In this document: one piece after another, positions 63,976-64,000 of the stretch | Layout of the letters: each line of letters starts with the position of its first letter | Numbering within the stretch: the first letter of the stretch is position 1 | Assembly (NCBI RefSeq): GCF_036321535.1 | Contig: NC_087437.1 | Coordinates: forward strand, 106,456,001 to 106,520,000 | Direction: 5' to 3' | Length of the DNA: 64,000 nucleotides | Source of the DNA: Camelus dromedarius | Lineage: Eukaryota | Program-made: the position numbers and the translations under genes | The notes under the pieces: generated by a model | The model's database searches: none | What the model was told of the DNA's origin: nothing | The model's input: the letters and a program-made list of their open reading frames with translations, nothing else

Positions 63976-64000
63976 TACATTTTTAAAAATTCAAGAAAGG

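Overview
Mammalian genomic DNA containing the central part of the amyloid-beta precursor protein gene (APP) on the minus strand. Four coding exons are present with canonical GT-AG boundaries: exon 6 (acidic/Thr-rich linker, 32314-32516), exon 7 (Kunitz protease inhibitor domain, 15096-15263), exon 8 (OX-2-like, 12748-12804) and exon 9 (start of E2, 745-878). Exon numbering follows human APP770. I did not find exon 5 or exon 10 in the window. The rest (about 99%) is intron filled with interspersed repeats. tRNA-Ala-derived SINEs resembling camelid Vic-1 and artiodactyl-type L1 3' ends suggest a camelid (alpaca, llama or camel); this is inference, not a database result. Nearly all ORFs in the supplied track are spurious. 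I found no convincing new gene or biological system. The best observations are: (i) a putative splicing-regulatory layout around the alternatively spliced exons 7 and 8; (ii) a ~250-nt complementary L1 pair bracketing those two exons; (iii) several twin-primed (5'-inverted) L1 insertions; (iv) nested transposons; (v) a ~95-bp local dispersed duplication. Repeat family names were assigned by eye from remembered consensus sequences and need RepeatMasker/Dfam confirmation.
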